Shown here piece by piece: positions 26,600-39,361 of a stretch of DNA of 64,000 nucleotides. The translations under genes and the position numbers were made by a program. This DNA is from Isurus oxyrinchus. Taxonomy: Eukaryota. Numbering within the stretch: the stretch's first letter is position 1; every line of letters begins with the position of its first letter. The stretch is taken from assembly GCA_026770705.1 (NCBI GenBank), contig JANJGN010000020.1, forward strand, positions 80,166,001 through 80,230,000, given 5' to 3'. The notes under the pieces were generated by a model, which ran no database searches, had not been told where the DNA came from, and worked only from the letters and a program-made list of their open reading frames with translations.

Positions 26600-26990
26600 T
26601 ATTGTGCTTTTGTGAGATGTTCCTCAAAAAAATCCAATTTCCTTCTAAAACTATTCATGAAATTATGTTCTACCACCTTTTCAGATAAAGCGTTCCAGAT
26701 CCCAGCAACTCTGTTTGTAAATGACTGCTCCCTTCCTCTGCATATATTATGTCAACTACTTTGAGTCCATGGTCCTAAGTTATTGGCTGACACGCAGAGG
26801 GACTATTTTTCCTGTTTACCCTCTCAAGTTTCGCACCATCTGGAAAACCACTATTAGCTGATTTGCTAATCTTCTATGTCCGAAGTACAACAGCCGAACT
26901 TCCACAATAACTCCTGATAACTGAGAAAGCCTCGCGGTACGCATCCTTTGCCTGCTTTCTAATGTTATTGCTGAAAAGCGGTGAACACAA
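26600..26990 (-). mobile_element. CR1-type LINE remnant
   Basis: Antisense ORF2 C-terminal signatures TCTACCACCTTTTCAG...GCGTTCCAGATC. Confidence 0.55.
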
Positions 26991-27434
26991 TCAATCACAA
27001 GGCTCCTTTGAGATGTCGAATTGCAGGTTTCAAAGTTCTAGTATTATCCAGGTGGTTAAGTATACTTTTCTCAAATTATTACCAAATAAACAATGTGATT
27101 TTGAGGTAAATTATGAATTGTGAGTATACGGATACAACTGTCTCTCCACCCATCCACACATCATAGAAATCCCTCATTTACACTGACAGAAGATATGCAG
27201 AGGACTGGCGTAGAGACTCCACTCAGGGCAGGTGGGATTTGGAACGCTCTAACTGTAAAGGTGGTAGAAGATAATTACTTCAATAATTTTAGAAGGAAGT
27301 TGGAAATGTTTTGAAGACGTTCTTTATCAGGCTTCCAAAAGTTCATAATTTCATTGCTGAATTCCTTGTGTTGAAAATTGCCCACCTTTTTCACCTGTTA
27401 TTTTGTGTGCGTCTGACTTTCTGAGCTCCTTTCT

Positions 27435-27470
<36 letters not shown>
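27435..27470. repeat. Poly-G tract (about 36 nt)
   Basis: Directly visible; a shorter G run lies at 2637-2653. Confidence 0.9.
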
Positions 27471-27471
<1 letters not shown>

Positions 27472-28079
27472 GGTAAGGGGGTGGGGGGAATATTTGTTTC
27501 TCGGGCAGTATTTCTCATTGTCACTTTCAACTAATGAAGAGATGGAATTGCGATGTGTATCTCTGTCCATCATTTTCTACCTGCCGCTTTTTGAATGTCT
27601 CCCTGTCTCTCTGATTCCCTCTCCTTGATCTTTCCATGTAATAAAAGAAATCTTCCAATCGGGATGAAAAATTGATCAATGGCCATTCCTATACCCTGTG
27701 ATCCCCTCTCTATTCGATAATCTATGCATCTCAGTTTTGAATATGTTGAGATCCTCCAAACCTCTGAGGGAGATAATTTCAAAGTTTATCAAACATTTGA
27801 AGAAGACATTTCTACTCATACTAAACGCCAGAGAGTATAGACTCATTTTACTCAATCTCTGCTCCAGATCCAGGAATGAATCTAGGAATCAAGCTATGAT
27901 TTCAACATGTGCAGTTGGAACTTTAGGAAATTCAAGATTTACTCAGCAAGTAGGGCAGCACTTTTGGGTTACCGGCCTGAAAGATTAATATTATTTCTCT
28001 CCAAGGATGATGTAGCGACTGCAGAGCGTCTGGAACTTTATATTTCTACTTCAGATTTCCGATATCTGCGGTTGATACG

Positions 28080-29290
28080 AATATGCAAATTAGGAGCAGA
28101 AGTAGGCGAATTTGCCCCTCGAGTCTTCTCCTCCGTTCACCAAGATCATGGTAGAAAGTTTTGTATTTCGACTTCAGCATTCTCATCTACCCCGATAATC
28201 CTTTTGAATACCCTTTGTTGCAAGAATCTATCTACCTCAAACGTTAAAATATTAAATGACACCTTCTCCACTGCTTTCTGATGCAGAGAGTCCTGACGTC
28301 GGATAACTCTCTGAGAGAGAGAGAAAACAATCCTCATGTCTCACCTACAAGGGAAAATAAAACGAATTTAAAACAATGCCCCCTCCTCCTCAACTCACCC
28401 ACAAGAGGAAATCTCCTTTCCACGTCCACATTGTCAAGATCATTAGGTGGCTAATATGCTCCAACAAATCACTAATCAATTCTATAAAGTTCAATGGAAT
28501 CAAACCCAGCCTGTCCAAACTCTCCTCATAAGTCAACCGACGCATTCCAGGTATCAATGCAGTACACCCACTTCGAGCCACCTCCAAAACATTTACATCC
28601 TTCCTTAAGTAAAGAGGACAAAACAGCACGCAGTATTCAAGATCTGGTGTCATCAATACCTTGTATATCTGCATCATTACACCCTTACGTTTGTGTTCAA
28701 TTCCTCTAGTAATGGAGGATATCAACCCGTGGGCCTTCTGCATTACGTGCTGCACCTACCTTTAGTGACACACGAGCCCTCTGCACCTTGGAATTCCGCA
28801 TTCACTGTTAAAGTAATATTTTTTTTTATTGTCCCGGTCAAAGTGAACAACTTCACATTCTCTAGCAGTCCATGTATTTCCATCTGTACATTCCTCATTA
28901 CTTCGTCACAACTTCCCCAGCTATCTTTGTGCTATATGAAGATTTAGCTACCATGCCTTCATTCCCCTCATCCCAGATATTGATGTAAATTGTAATGTAA
29001 ATGAAGCGCCAGCACATATCACTGCGCGAGACCACTCGTCACAACCTGCCAATCAGACTTAGGCCTATTTATCACTGTTTACTGACAGCTAGCCAGTCTT
29101 CAATGAATGCAAATTTGTCACCACCTACACCATGACCATGTATTTTCCGCAAAAACCTTTGATGTGGCACCTTATCAAATGCCTTTTGGAAATGCAGTGC
29201 GTCTACAGGACTACCTTCATCCACAACACACGCTTCTCCTTCAAAGAAGAATAATAAATTGGCTAAAGATGATTTCCCTGTCACAAACAA
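28080..29290 (-). mobile_element. CR1-type LINE, RT to 3' end
   Basis: GKSSLANLL.FFE...FQKAFDKVPHQR (29072..29290) and IYKVLMTPDLEYCVLF.PLYLRKDV (28390..28755). Tail at 28080. Confidence 0.9.
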
Positions 29291-29449
29291 ATACTCAGTC
29301 TTGCTTTTTCATGAATCTAGTGCACTCTCGTTTTATCATATCCACTGGAAGTATTACGTCCTTCAGGTAGCATACAGACACATTTATTTCAGGACGCTTA
29401 CTGCAAAGGCTGATCAGAGTAATGAGAAAGTGGCCGATGTCATCATCCT

Positions 29450-29607
29450 GGAACTCCCTCCCTCACATCAGTCTGGGTGTACCTACAACACATGGATTGT
29501 AGCAGTTCAAGATGGCAGCTCGTCACCACTTTCTCAAGGGCAATTAGGGATTGGCAATAGATGCTTGCCGAACCTGCGGCGCTCATATCACATGAATGAA
29601 TAAAAAA
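29450..29607 (+). mobile_element. LINE/SINE shared 3' tail
   Basis: GCAGTTCAAGATGGCAGCTC...CAAGGGCAATTAGGGATTGGCAATAGATGC...ATGAATGAATAAAAAA; same tail as the 22075 element. Confidence 0.7.
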
Positions 29608-31599
29608 TCATCCTGACATTGTGTATAAAATGAACAATATGATTGTAGTGATGTTTGTAAACACAGACGGTGCTGGGAATATGCACTGACGTAGCAAAGG
29701 TGTCAGTGGGACTTGATTGTTGCGCAAATTTCGAGACAGTTTTCGAATCCCTCATGGCAGCCATGGTTATAACTGCAGTTTGACCACCTCGAACTTAGGA
29801 TTGTAAAATTATTTTTCATATCAAAATTTAGGGAACTTTGTACTGGGAGAAGAATTTCCCTTTGCTTCCCTGCTCCCTGGTCTATTTGTCCTCACTATCG
29901 TGAAAACATTACGCCGACATGACACATGGTGCCGGCAATATGGGCTCTTTTTTGACTCCCAAATTCTTAGTGAACGGCGCTGTCTCTACTGTTCACTGTG
30001 CTTCACTTTTTCCCCCTGCGTCCTGTGCACACAGTTGGAGAAGGTAATTTATTCGATTCAACCTATCCTGCAAAATGTTTAATTTATAACTCCTCAAATC
30101 CAAATGCACAAGGAATACGGAATTTTTTTGAATAATGTAAATGGGTTCTCTTCGCATTTCTAAAAACAAACACCGGCAACTTTATAGCGCTTTAAACACA
30201 GCTGTGCTGGTGTCTCCAGCCTGGCTTACATCGGTTTCGAACTATATATATTTATGAAAAGTATTGTGTTGTTTCCAAACGGATTGTGAATGTATCAATA
30301 ATATATTCGGGATATGTCTTGTGTACCTGTGTGTTATTTCTAAATGCGTTTGTGTTTTGAGTATTGAAGCTTAAGGGGGAAATAAATTTACAGACAAAAA
30401 TAAACCTCGAAATAAGTCAGATTCAGGCGAGTTAATGAACAGAGAGTAGAGATAAATCTAAGTTAAACTGTAAACAGCAGAGTCATGAAACCTATCACAC
30501 AAAGTCAAAAATATATCAAACTGAGACCTGGTCGGTTCAATTATATTTGCACTGTTCGCTTAAGTTTCAGAATGGTTTCCTGGTAATCAAGTAGTGAGGA
30601 TTGGGAGCGTTGACCTCTGCAGCCCAGTCAGGAAAGTGCATTTCACAAAATAACTAACATCTTCGACCGCATTTGTCAGTGAAGGTCAATTCCATTCAGA
30701 CTATGAATAGCCTCTATGGAAGCAAATATTTATCAAGTGAGAAAGGACCTTTTCGTGCATCATGAACGTTGATAACATCCAGATGTAAAACACCATTTTT
30801 GTCGCCGCGCGTCAAATAATGTTTTCAGGGAGGCAATGAAATACTGAATCCTCTGCACTCTCTCCTTTGAACTCACCCTCATTCAAAGCCATAGGAGTTG
30901 CACGAGGGAAAAAATAACCATTTATTTTAGAATTTTGAATTAGCTTCCGAATTGTCTTCCCTGAATTTTCGGAATGAGATCATTCTCTTCTGGATGCAAT
31001 TGGATGAAAAGCGGCCGCCCTCGGACGTGGGGAAGTGCCCTTCCAATTCTGTCAACAGGAAATACTTTGGATAGAGTGTCTCGCGTTCTATAACGACCTA
31101 AGTCTGATGATGCCGTTCCCAGAAAATGATATTCACGAAAAAAATCAACAGGCCGCAGCATTAATTGATTACTTTGAACGTAATACTTAATCTATTTTTA
31201 ATCACTTGGATGTAGGCGCATTGTAGTTCTGTTTTTTTTTTCTCATTTTAATTCAAATAGGTGTGTCCAACAGGTTGACCTGGCATGTCTAAGTTTGTTC
31301 TAAGAGAGTTATCATTCTTTCTGCTTTTATGTGCTACATTGGTTCTTATTTTCAGCCCACGCTACTGGCTGACAGGAATTCCGAAAAAGAGAGCAAAATC
31401 TATAATCTCCCCCTGGCAGTGGAAAGCCTCTCAATCATCACTTCTCAGCTGCGCCTCTTCGCAGCGATCATGGAAGCTGCTTTCTCACTGCACAGACTGC
31501 AGATTGAGAGGAACGCAGAGCAGGTTGGGCAAGAGACTTTCAGTGTCCAAGTCCACCAATTTCCCCAGGAACTATTTGAAGTAAAGTCCACCATTCTGT

Positions 31600-32270
31600 T
31601 GGGCAGTTAAACCTCAATAGAATATTGAGTTGTCATTCAACAGAAATCATGGCTCAATTAAAATCGACTGCAGGAGAAATCATCACTGACTGCTATTAGC
31701 TGTTGGTGAGATGGTGAAACATTACCTTGGGTGGGATTTTCAGGGAAGCATTGTCACCAAGAAGATCTAGGCACCATAGAAATCCAGCGTGTCTTAGCAG
31801 AGCTGGATATTGAATCAAACTGGAGAAGCTTTCAATGACATTCACTCACTTGGTAGGAGCAAATCTCCAGGTGTTGATGTTTTCTCACGAGAACTCAAAA
31901 AGCACGGGAAAATAAACATCCCTACAGCAGCTGCAAGAAATTCTGTGTCTCTGCTGGAGGGAGGAGGAAGTGCCCAAGCAAATGCACAAAACATATATTG
32001 TAAAACTGTGCAAGAACAAGGACGACCACACTGATTGTAAAAATTATCGAGGTTTCTGCCTGCTGAACTTCAAGTGAAAGCTACGTGCCCAAGTTTCCCT
32101 TGTCAGGCTGCAGATCTTGGTTGAATTCAAGTGTGGTTTCAGAATTGGAAGTTCTGCAATTGTCATTCACTTCTCAATCCGGCATCTGCAAGCAGAATGC
32201 CATGAAAAAAGGAAACCACTGTACAATGTCTTCAGCGATCTCATCAAGACATTCGACCATGTGAACTGAG
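31600..32270 (+). mobile_element. RTE-clade LINE fragment
   Basis: LKSTAGEIITD, KSPGVD...ELKKHG, DCKNYRGFCLLN, CGFR, and QAECHEKRKPLY..FSDLIKTFDHVN (RTE RT N-terminal motifs). Stops and frameshifts present. Confidence 0.8.
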
Positions 32271-33679
32271 GTACATATTTTGTTTCTTTATTATAATCAT
32301 TACAATTCTCTTTGCTTTCCGACCATGAAACTATTTGTTTGCTGCCTGCTGGCCTCACAGGCCTTCGCTTTTATACTTCCCAACTATTATGTTTATACCT
32401 TCCTTCATTATAATAAGAAATCATCTCTCAAACGTTCGCTCTGTTTTTCTCAAGAGAAGTTCGCTCACATTCTGAGAAACTTCGCCATTTTCAGTTCATT
32501 TCATATTTTCAGCAGCCACACTATTTGTTTTTCTAACTGACAGGATGGTGGAACCATCTTCAAAATGGACTTCAAAAAATCTAATTCAGAGGGTAATGGG
32601 GGGAGGGGGGAGTAGAATTGTTCAAAGAATCTGACAACTCTTTTCAAGATCCTGCACAGACTGGAAGGGCCAACAGGCCTCCTTCTGAACGGTGGGATTC
32701 TATGATAACAAGAGCTTCATCTCTATATAGATTGGGAGATTAGAAACGTCTCAAGACATAAAGCTGATAAATGAATGATTCTGGATTATTGCCTGGTTGT
32801 TTGTACAAACGATATATTGCAAGTAACAAGGCTGCATTTGGCAGCCGTGGTGGTCAAGGGGGTAAGTTCTTTATCATGAGCTTGTAGATGGATTTCAGTG
32901 TGAACGTTCAAACACTGGTTGTAGCCTCTAAGTTTGGAATAATTATGATCTTCGATCAGCTTCTTGAGTTGAAAATGCATTAAATTTAATAATTTGACAC
33001 AGCACTTTTCAACACAAGTAATATATCTGAGATCAATTGTTTAACATTGAATTGTTAGAAAGTGAACAACATGTAAAAATAAGAGAGCAACCGGCACCGA
33101 AAACTGCTTGAAATGCATTTTTTCCAAATAACCTGGAAACGTTTTGGAGGAAAATCAGGATCTTTCGCTAATGAACGCTAATCTGGTTTGGTTTCATTCA
33201 GTTGGGCTAAATTTATCTGCCGTATAAACGATAGGCCTCGAACCAACAATTATCAGATAGTATCACCATTTACGCCAATGGCTAACGTGTGATCCAATCG
33301 GCATGCAAGCACCACAGCTTGATTTAGGCAGAATTTAATAACGAGTAATTAAAAAACATGATTGTCTTTATATTCTATTTCCTGGGCACTGCACTAATTA
33401 GAAGATCCTTGGCAGTAAGGGACATGAACTCCAGTCCATCACTGTTTCTCCTCACCAATATTTCAGCTTTATTCCCTTTGCATCTCTTTTTGTCCCTTGA
33501 ACTCCTTCCAAGGTCCGCTCAATTCCACACATTAAACAAAAGCCTGGCCCTCACATTTAAGACAACGACTGCCCATTTAACCAATCCCTCGCTTATGATT
33601 GAAATAGCAATTTTAACCAAGTTTGAATAGTTAAGGGGAACATATGGAAAAACAAAAAACATGGTATGTAAGGACTTAC

Positions 33680-34195
33680 AATCAGGAATAGGTGCTTCAG
33701 CAATTCGAGCTTGCTCTGCTATTCGAGAATATCATGGCTGACCTAGTTGTGGTCTCAACACGACTGGGCTGTGTATCCTTCATGACCCTTCAGAATCAAA
33801 AAATCTGTCTTAGTTAGCCTTGAATAAATTCAATTACCCAATCCCTAATAATTTTGGGGGAGGTTGCTCGTTGGGTGGTGGTGCACGCTGAGTGTTTGGG
33901 AGCAGTGAGGTGGGGGTGTGTTCCGAGAAGTGGGGTGCAGAATTATACAGGTGAATGCCATTCGGGGAGAAAACAAAATCTTCATCTCATCTTAAAATGG
34001 AGACCTCTCCTTTCTCCAATGTGTCTCTTAATTTTCGTCTCCACCTGATTAAGTCATCTCAGGTTCGGGTTTGATTTAATAAGATCACCTCGCCTTCTTC
34101 TGAACTCCAATGAGAGCAGGCCCAAACTGTCTTCATAACATAAACCTGGTATCATTGGAATGAATTGAGTGAATTTTCTCTGAAATGCTTCATAT
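33680..34195 (-). mobile_element. CR1-type LINE 3' fragment
   Basis: Reverse tail CAGGAATAGG...GAGCTTGCTCTGCTATTC...ATCATGGCTGA, and AAGATCACCTCGCCTTCTTCTGAACTCC (antisense of LEFRRRRGDL). Confidence 0.7.
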
Positions 34196-34200
34196 TCATT

Positions 34201-35111
34201 TGTTATAACATCCATGCAATATGTGCCAGTTGAACGTAATCCACAGAAGAAACTTGGCCACTCTATCCCAACGGTCTTGCAATTTGTATTTATGATATGA
34301 TGGCTTATGCACTGAACTCAGAGGAATTGTTTCCTATAACACTTTTAGACATTTTAAAATCAAGTTAATGCATTGAATAACAAAAGGAAAAAAATGAAAA
34401 TATAAACACACACAGGATTAATGTTGGACGGTTATTTAGCCTTAGCAGTTCCCAAAATTCTTAATTAAGCAAGCTGCCAACTCCACTTCCCCTATGAGGC
34501 AACAGTCCAAAATAGATTAAAGCAGCAAAATCAAACCAAACACGGTTACCACAACAACAACTCGATAGTGGATTCCAGAAGCTTTTCACCCAACTTTTTT
34601 TTACTGACACAGCAGGCCTCTGCTAAAGCGGCTGGATGGTTTTACCCAAGGACTGCTTCACACGGTGTAGCTTTCCATATCATATGGCCACACCCCCTAT
34701 ATAGTCTTTCATGCCTCTTTATATGTGTTTTTCTCTCTCTTTAATCTGTAAATTCCATTGCTCCTTAGACATTTACTTTTACCATACTACAGAAATAAAA
34801 ATCTTTCATGTAGTCAATATCGCCTCTATCATTTTGGAAAAGAAAACAAACGTTATATCTTAGCCCTATTTACCTCTTTATTTGTATACAGCCTACCATC
34901 CCTTTGAAACCCAACCACATTTGCACTTTGTCAAAAATACAATTTTCCTTCCCACTCTACACGCTGCCCTCGTCCAAATTTCCACCAGCATTTCTGCTTA
35001 ATTTTACACTGAAATTATTTTGAAAATTTCATCCTTGCAGCCCACTTGTTCGGAATTCAATTAATTCAGTCACACACAGAACCATACATAAACATGTAAG
35101 CTTATGATAAC
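34201..35111 (-). mobile_element. Putative solo LTR inserted in CR1
   Basis: Bounded by TGTTAT...ATAAC, non-coding, and CR1-like antisense sequence resumes after 35111. Confidence 0.35.
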
Positions 35112-35694
35112 CTGGAAAATACTATTGTTTCATGATGAATTAATGCATTTTATTTCAAATACCGAAGCCAGAACTGTACACAGAATTCCAGACATGCTCT
35201 GCCCAAACTCCTGTAGAGCTGCAGTAAAACTTCACTACTTTTATACTCAACTCTCCCTCAATAAATGCCAACACCCTCTTTCCCTTCGTCATCACTTCCT
35301 GATCATCAAACAAAATTCTTTAGTGATTCATGTACTTGGACACCCAGATTTCCCTGTGCAAATATGGTCAACTGAATGAAGCTATGCCCATTCGCTTGGA
35401 AGCTGGGAACAAGGACCATAGTTTAAGAAAAAAAGACAGGTTTCAACATTGAAAATAGGAAACATTCCCACACACCAAGGATGTTGGAAGCTCAGAGGTC
35501 CCTTTGGTACATGGCAATTGGTGGTTTCATTTTAAACCTGTGATCGATAGCATTTTATTACACAAATCTGTTGATGCACGACAATGGCTGTATTTTATAA
35601 CCCTCATCCTTACTTCGGTTCCCCTGCATGAATTAGCTCTTAATTTCTCTGAAACTTCCTTAAGTCTAACAAATCTTCTAGATTCATGCCCTTC

Positions 35695-35880
35695 TGCCAT
35701 CTTGAACATTCTCAATTTTGATCCCTACAGCATTGACAGTCGTGCTTTCAGCTGACTATTCTAAAAATCTGGTGCCCTTCCCTATAAGTTTCCATTTCTC
35801 CAGCTCCCTCTCACCTTTAAACGCTCCTTAAAGTCTATGCATTAACCAAACTTTTGTCATCTGACCTAATATCTCCTTCT
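35695..35880 (+). mobile_element. L2 LINE 3' end
   Basis: CGTGCTTTCAGCTG...CTTTAAACGCTCCTTAAAG...ACCAAACTTTTG, similar to the L2 C-terminus RAFS...SFKTLLKT; homologous to 61590-62130. Confidence 0.6.
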
Positions 35881-35971
35881 GTGGGACAACAACAACTTTG
35901 TGTTAAGTTAAATCCAAAACGCTCTTGTCAACTACCTTCAGAAATTTTGTTCGATGGGGTTTATGCAGCCT

Positions 35972-36043
35972 GTCATGTTGGAGCAGTGGTTAGCATATCC
36001 TCCTTTGGAACAGTTATTCGCCATCTGATTCCCGCCTTTCGCA
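35972..36043 (+). tRNA. tRNA-Gly(TCC)-derived pseudogene
   Basis: AGTGGTTAGCATATCCTCCTTTGGAACAGTT...GATTCCCGCCTTTCGCA is collinear over 72 nt with Gly-TCC AGTGGTTAGCATAGCTGCCTTCCAAGCAGTT...GATTCCCGGCCAACGCA. Confidence 0.55.
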
Positions 36044-36429
36044 ATATGCTGAATGTTATCCTCCGAAATCAGCAGTTTGAACTGAATTTGACAATTTTCG
36101 GTGCGATTCTGCTCCGAGAACGACACGTGTCGAATTTAAATAAAGAGATATCGAGCCTGCAGGTACCTTCCATTTAAAATGTCACTCAGTGTTGTGCCTT
36201 ATTGCTGGTAGTGATGTGTTCCACTGAACTGCACTGTGGAGCAGTGATAGAATTATTCAGAACAAGTGACATGCACTGATTCTCTGACTCTGTTCCCTCT
36301 GCTGCTTCCTGTTTGATAATTGAGTGTCGATTCATGCGCTGGGATTGTTTCATTGTTCAAAAAGCTAGACACTGCTTAATCTGGGCAACTGTGATAATAG
36401 CGTAAGGTGAAAAAATCACTTTGATTCTT

Positions 36430-37168
36430 TAAATATCAGACACTGCTAATATTTGTGAACTTGGCATTCATTCTGTAAATGTCACTCTCTGGTACTGTTG
36501 TGAGAGTGGAATTGATTTAATTCAGTCACTGGTACATCTTGTGAGTTTGGGATTTATTCTGTAAATATTAACCTGTGGCACTATCCCTGGGTGTTGGACT
36601 GAGTCCGTAAATGTTACTATCTGCTGCTTACTGTGAGTGTAGGATAGATTCTATACATATGAGTCACTGGTACTATTTTTCATGTAGGATTGAATCGTTG
36701 AATCTGTAAGTATCAGTTTCGTGCACCCTCTCTGAGTGTGGGATTGAGTTGGTAAACATTGGCCTCTGGTAGTATCTGTGAATGTGAGATTGACAATGTA
36801 AATATCAGTCTCTGGTACGGTCTGTGAGTGTATGATTGAGTCTATAAATATCAGTCCCTGGTATTGCCTGTGAATGTAGGATTAATTTTCTAAATATCAG
36901 TCACTTGTCCAGTTTGTGAGTGTGGGGTTAATTCTGTAAAGATAAGTCGCTGGTACGAACTGTTTGTGTGGCATTGAGTCTACAAATATCAGCCTCTTAT
37001 ACGACCTGTGAATGTGGGTTCGATTAAGTAACTATCAGTCCCTGGACCTCTCTGTGAGTGTGGGTTGATTCTGTAAATGAAACCCTCTGGTACTAGCTGT
37101 GAATGTGCAATTTATTCTGTTTATGTCAGTCTTTGGTATTATCTGTGAGTGTGGCACTTATTATGTTA
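36430..37168. repeat. Degenerate 46-bp minisatellite, about 16 units
   Basis: Consensus approximately TAAATATCAGTCTCTGGTACTATCTGTGAGTGTGGGATTGATTCTG; AATATCAG recurs at 36801 and 36847. Confidence 0.9.
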
Positions 37169-37640
37169 ATAAGACAAGGCAAGCAAAAGAGCCATCTGCA
37201 GGTTTGCAGACATTCTGCGAGTTGTATTGATTTTATGATTTATCAACAAATTCACCACATTTAAACAGAGCAGCCACATTCCAGATTACAGAGGAGTAGA
37301 ACGGATGGGCATTCTGAAGTTAAAATTCAATTACTGAGTGATCAGTTAGATTGAATGTCCTCTCTGAAACAATATGAGATCAAGAGCTGGGAGTCATGAT
37401 ATTTGAAGAGACGTTCCTGTTGCTGTTTAACACAGTTTCAAATTAAGATTTGCTATTTAATACGTTCAGATTTTTCCAGCATATGAGGTCGGGCATCGCC
37501 ACATTAAATCTCATTGCTGCATCTAATCCGTCAGCAAGAAATTAACACAGGTGTCATAATCTGTTTGTTCAACATTTGAGAGAAATAAAAAACGTTGAAC
37601 AATTTTGCAAAGTGAATCCATCCGTGGAGATCCTGGAGGA

Positions 37641-37646
37641 TATAAG
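37641..37646 (+). promoter_or_regulatory. TATA-like element upstream of the GPCR start
   Basis: TATAAG about 90 nt before the ATG at 37734; positional evidence only. Confidence 0.2.
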
Positions 37647-37733
37647 TTAAATGCATTGGGGATGTATCACCTGAGGTTTTAACTCAGAGCCATTGCGTGC
37701 TGCGCCAATGAACAGAATCACTTCACACAGAAA

Positions 37734-37800
37734 ATGCATCAACCTATTCAATGGGCCTGGAACATATTCTATATGATCCTTGCTATAGTTGGTGTTCCTG
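37734..37800 (+). CDS. GPR139-like GPCR, exon 1
   Basis: AAAATG start encodes MHQPIQWAWNIFYMILAIVGVP (first half of TM1) and ends in phase 1 at the donor G|GTAAGT (37801). Confidence 0.88.
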
Positions 37801-37914
37801 GTAAGTATATAAAACCAAAGGTGTTGAGTGAATTTGGACGTGACCTGGTTTTTGCTATTGTTCTGCGAATGGTTATGTTACATTGGGTCGAATTTTTATG
37901 GTAATACGGGCACT

Positions 37915-38075
37915 CATTCTTTTCTTCATATTCACTCAGTACATATGTGCTTCGCTGCCAATTACAGCATTTAATACCTATCGCTAGTTGCCCTTCAGAA
38001 GCTGGTGGCGAACTGCCTTCATGAAACTCTGCAGTCCGTGAGGTGTAGGTACACAAACGGTGCAATTAGAATTGA
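37915..38075 (-). mobile_element. LINE/SINE tail within the GPCR intron
   Basis: AGTTGCCCTTCAGAAGCTGGTGGCGAACTGCCTTCATGAA...GTGTAGGTACAC matches the 22075 and 29450 tail. Confidence 0.65.
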
Positions 38076-39361
38076 GTTCCTGATTAAATAATTGGAGTAA
38101 TTAAATCTCCTGAAACCTGTGCAGCTATATCTAGTTGCATAAACTGTTTCTAGCTCACAGGCACTTTATATGATAAAGTGATTGCATTCAACACAATGTT
38201 GTGTCCTGTTGAATCAAACTTGAAAATGAGAAACTCCTGAGACGAATGTGTAACTGGCGGTATGTTTCAATGTCATATTGTATTGTATGTGCTCACTAAC
38301 TGTAAAGGAACACGAGACCCCAGAAAACGTGTATTACTGGGACTATTTGTTTCTTTAAAATTGAGCTGTGTGGGTTACTAACTGAGGTGCAACACACGAA
38401 GGCAGTGAGCATATATTGCCTGGAGTATCTGCCTTTTAAAAGTTGTGTTTAGTGTGGGAAACCATCATGCATTACTCCAAGTAAAGGTAATGACAGCAAT
38501 TCTATTACTGATTAACCTTCTTCCAACACATGGTCCAGATAATCTATGGGTCACGAGTGCATTGCTTTAATATATAATCTGTTTCAATATTATGAAAAAT
38601 AATCTGATATATATGTATAGTTAATACTCAAGTTACACATTTGGTAACAGAGAAATTCGTCCCAATTGGGTAACGTCAGTCTTCATGCTCAGCACGAGGC
38701 TCTTGAAATTCCACGTCATCCAAACTCCATCCCTGCGTCAAACATGTAAAACCTGGCTACTTCTCAAATAATTTTACATCAAGCACTCTATGTCGTAACA
38801 AATTCACATTCTCAACATTTTCGGAGTAAAGCATTTTCTCTTGAATATTTTAGTGGCTTTATATAGATTGTCACACCTCTGAGTTTTGGTATTATTGTGC
38901 AACTGCCCCAAAGACTCGAACTTTGTTTTGTAATGTCAATACGAGAACTATACACAGTATGCTAAGTGTGTTACACCAAGATTATATAAAATATAGCATT
39001 GACTCTTTTACTTAGGAGATATCCTAGTAGGGATGAACACCTGTGCATTGAAGCGATTTGCATCATCTCATTAAACTTCTTTCTCAATTTAAACCTTTCA
39101 TGCATCAATGGTCCTGGTACCACAATCATAGGGAGTGGCCCAAGGTGAATGCGGTTCTCTGCTCTGAGGGAGTGCATAGAGTCTAGGAAGAAGCCAGGAA
39201 ATGTATTGGTTGGAGGCGAGTAGAGGACATGATTGAGGTTGACCAATCTCTGATGCGATCCCAACCCACAAGGTTTTGATGCTTAATTCAATTCTTCATC
39301 CTCAGAAAAAGAGGATATATGTCAGCAATTTAAGGTCTATCTTCCCTCCTTTCTCTTACAG

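Noticed and set aside
27391-27573. Poly-proline ORF / G-quadruplex
   Set aside because: Derived from a poly-G homopolymer whose length may be a sequencing artefact.
29690-29765. TTCGAATCCC B-box motif
   Set aside because: No matching A box or cloverleaf; more likely a SINE-head remnant.
32840-32928. tRNA-Ser/Leu-like sequence
   Set aside because: A-box-like start only; no stems recoverable.
33225-33312. Minus-strand tRNA-like sequence (GGCCTCGAACC)
   Set aside because: Only the B-box-like part matches and no isotype can be assigned.
36430-37168. CRISPR-like array
   Set aside because: Units are homologous along their whole length with no unique spacers, there are no cas genes, and the context is vertebrate.
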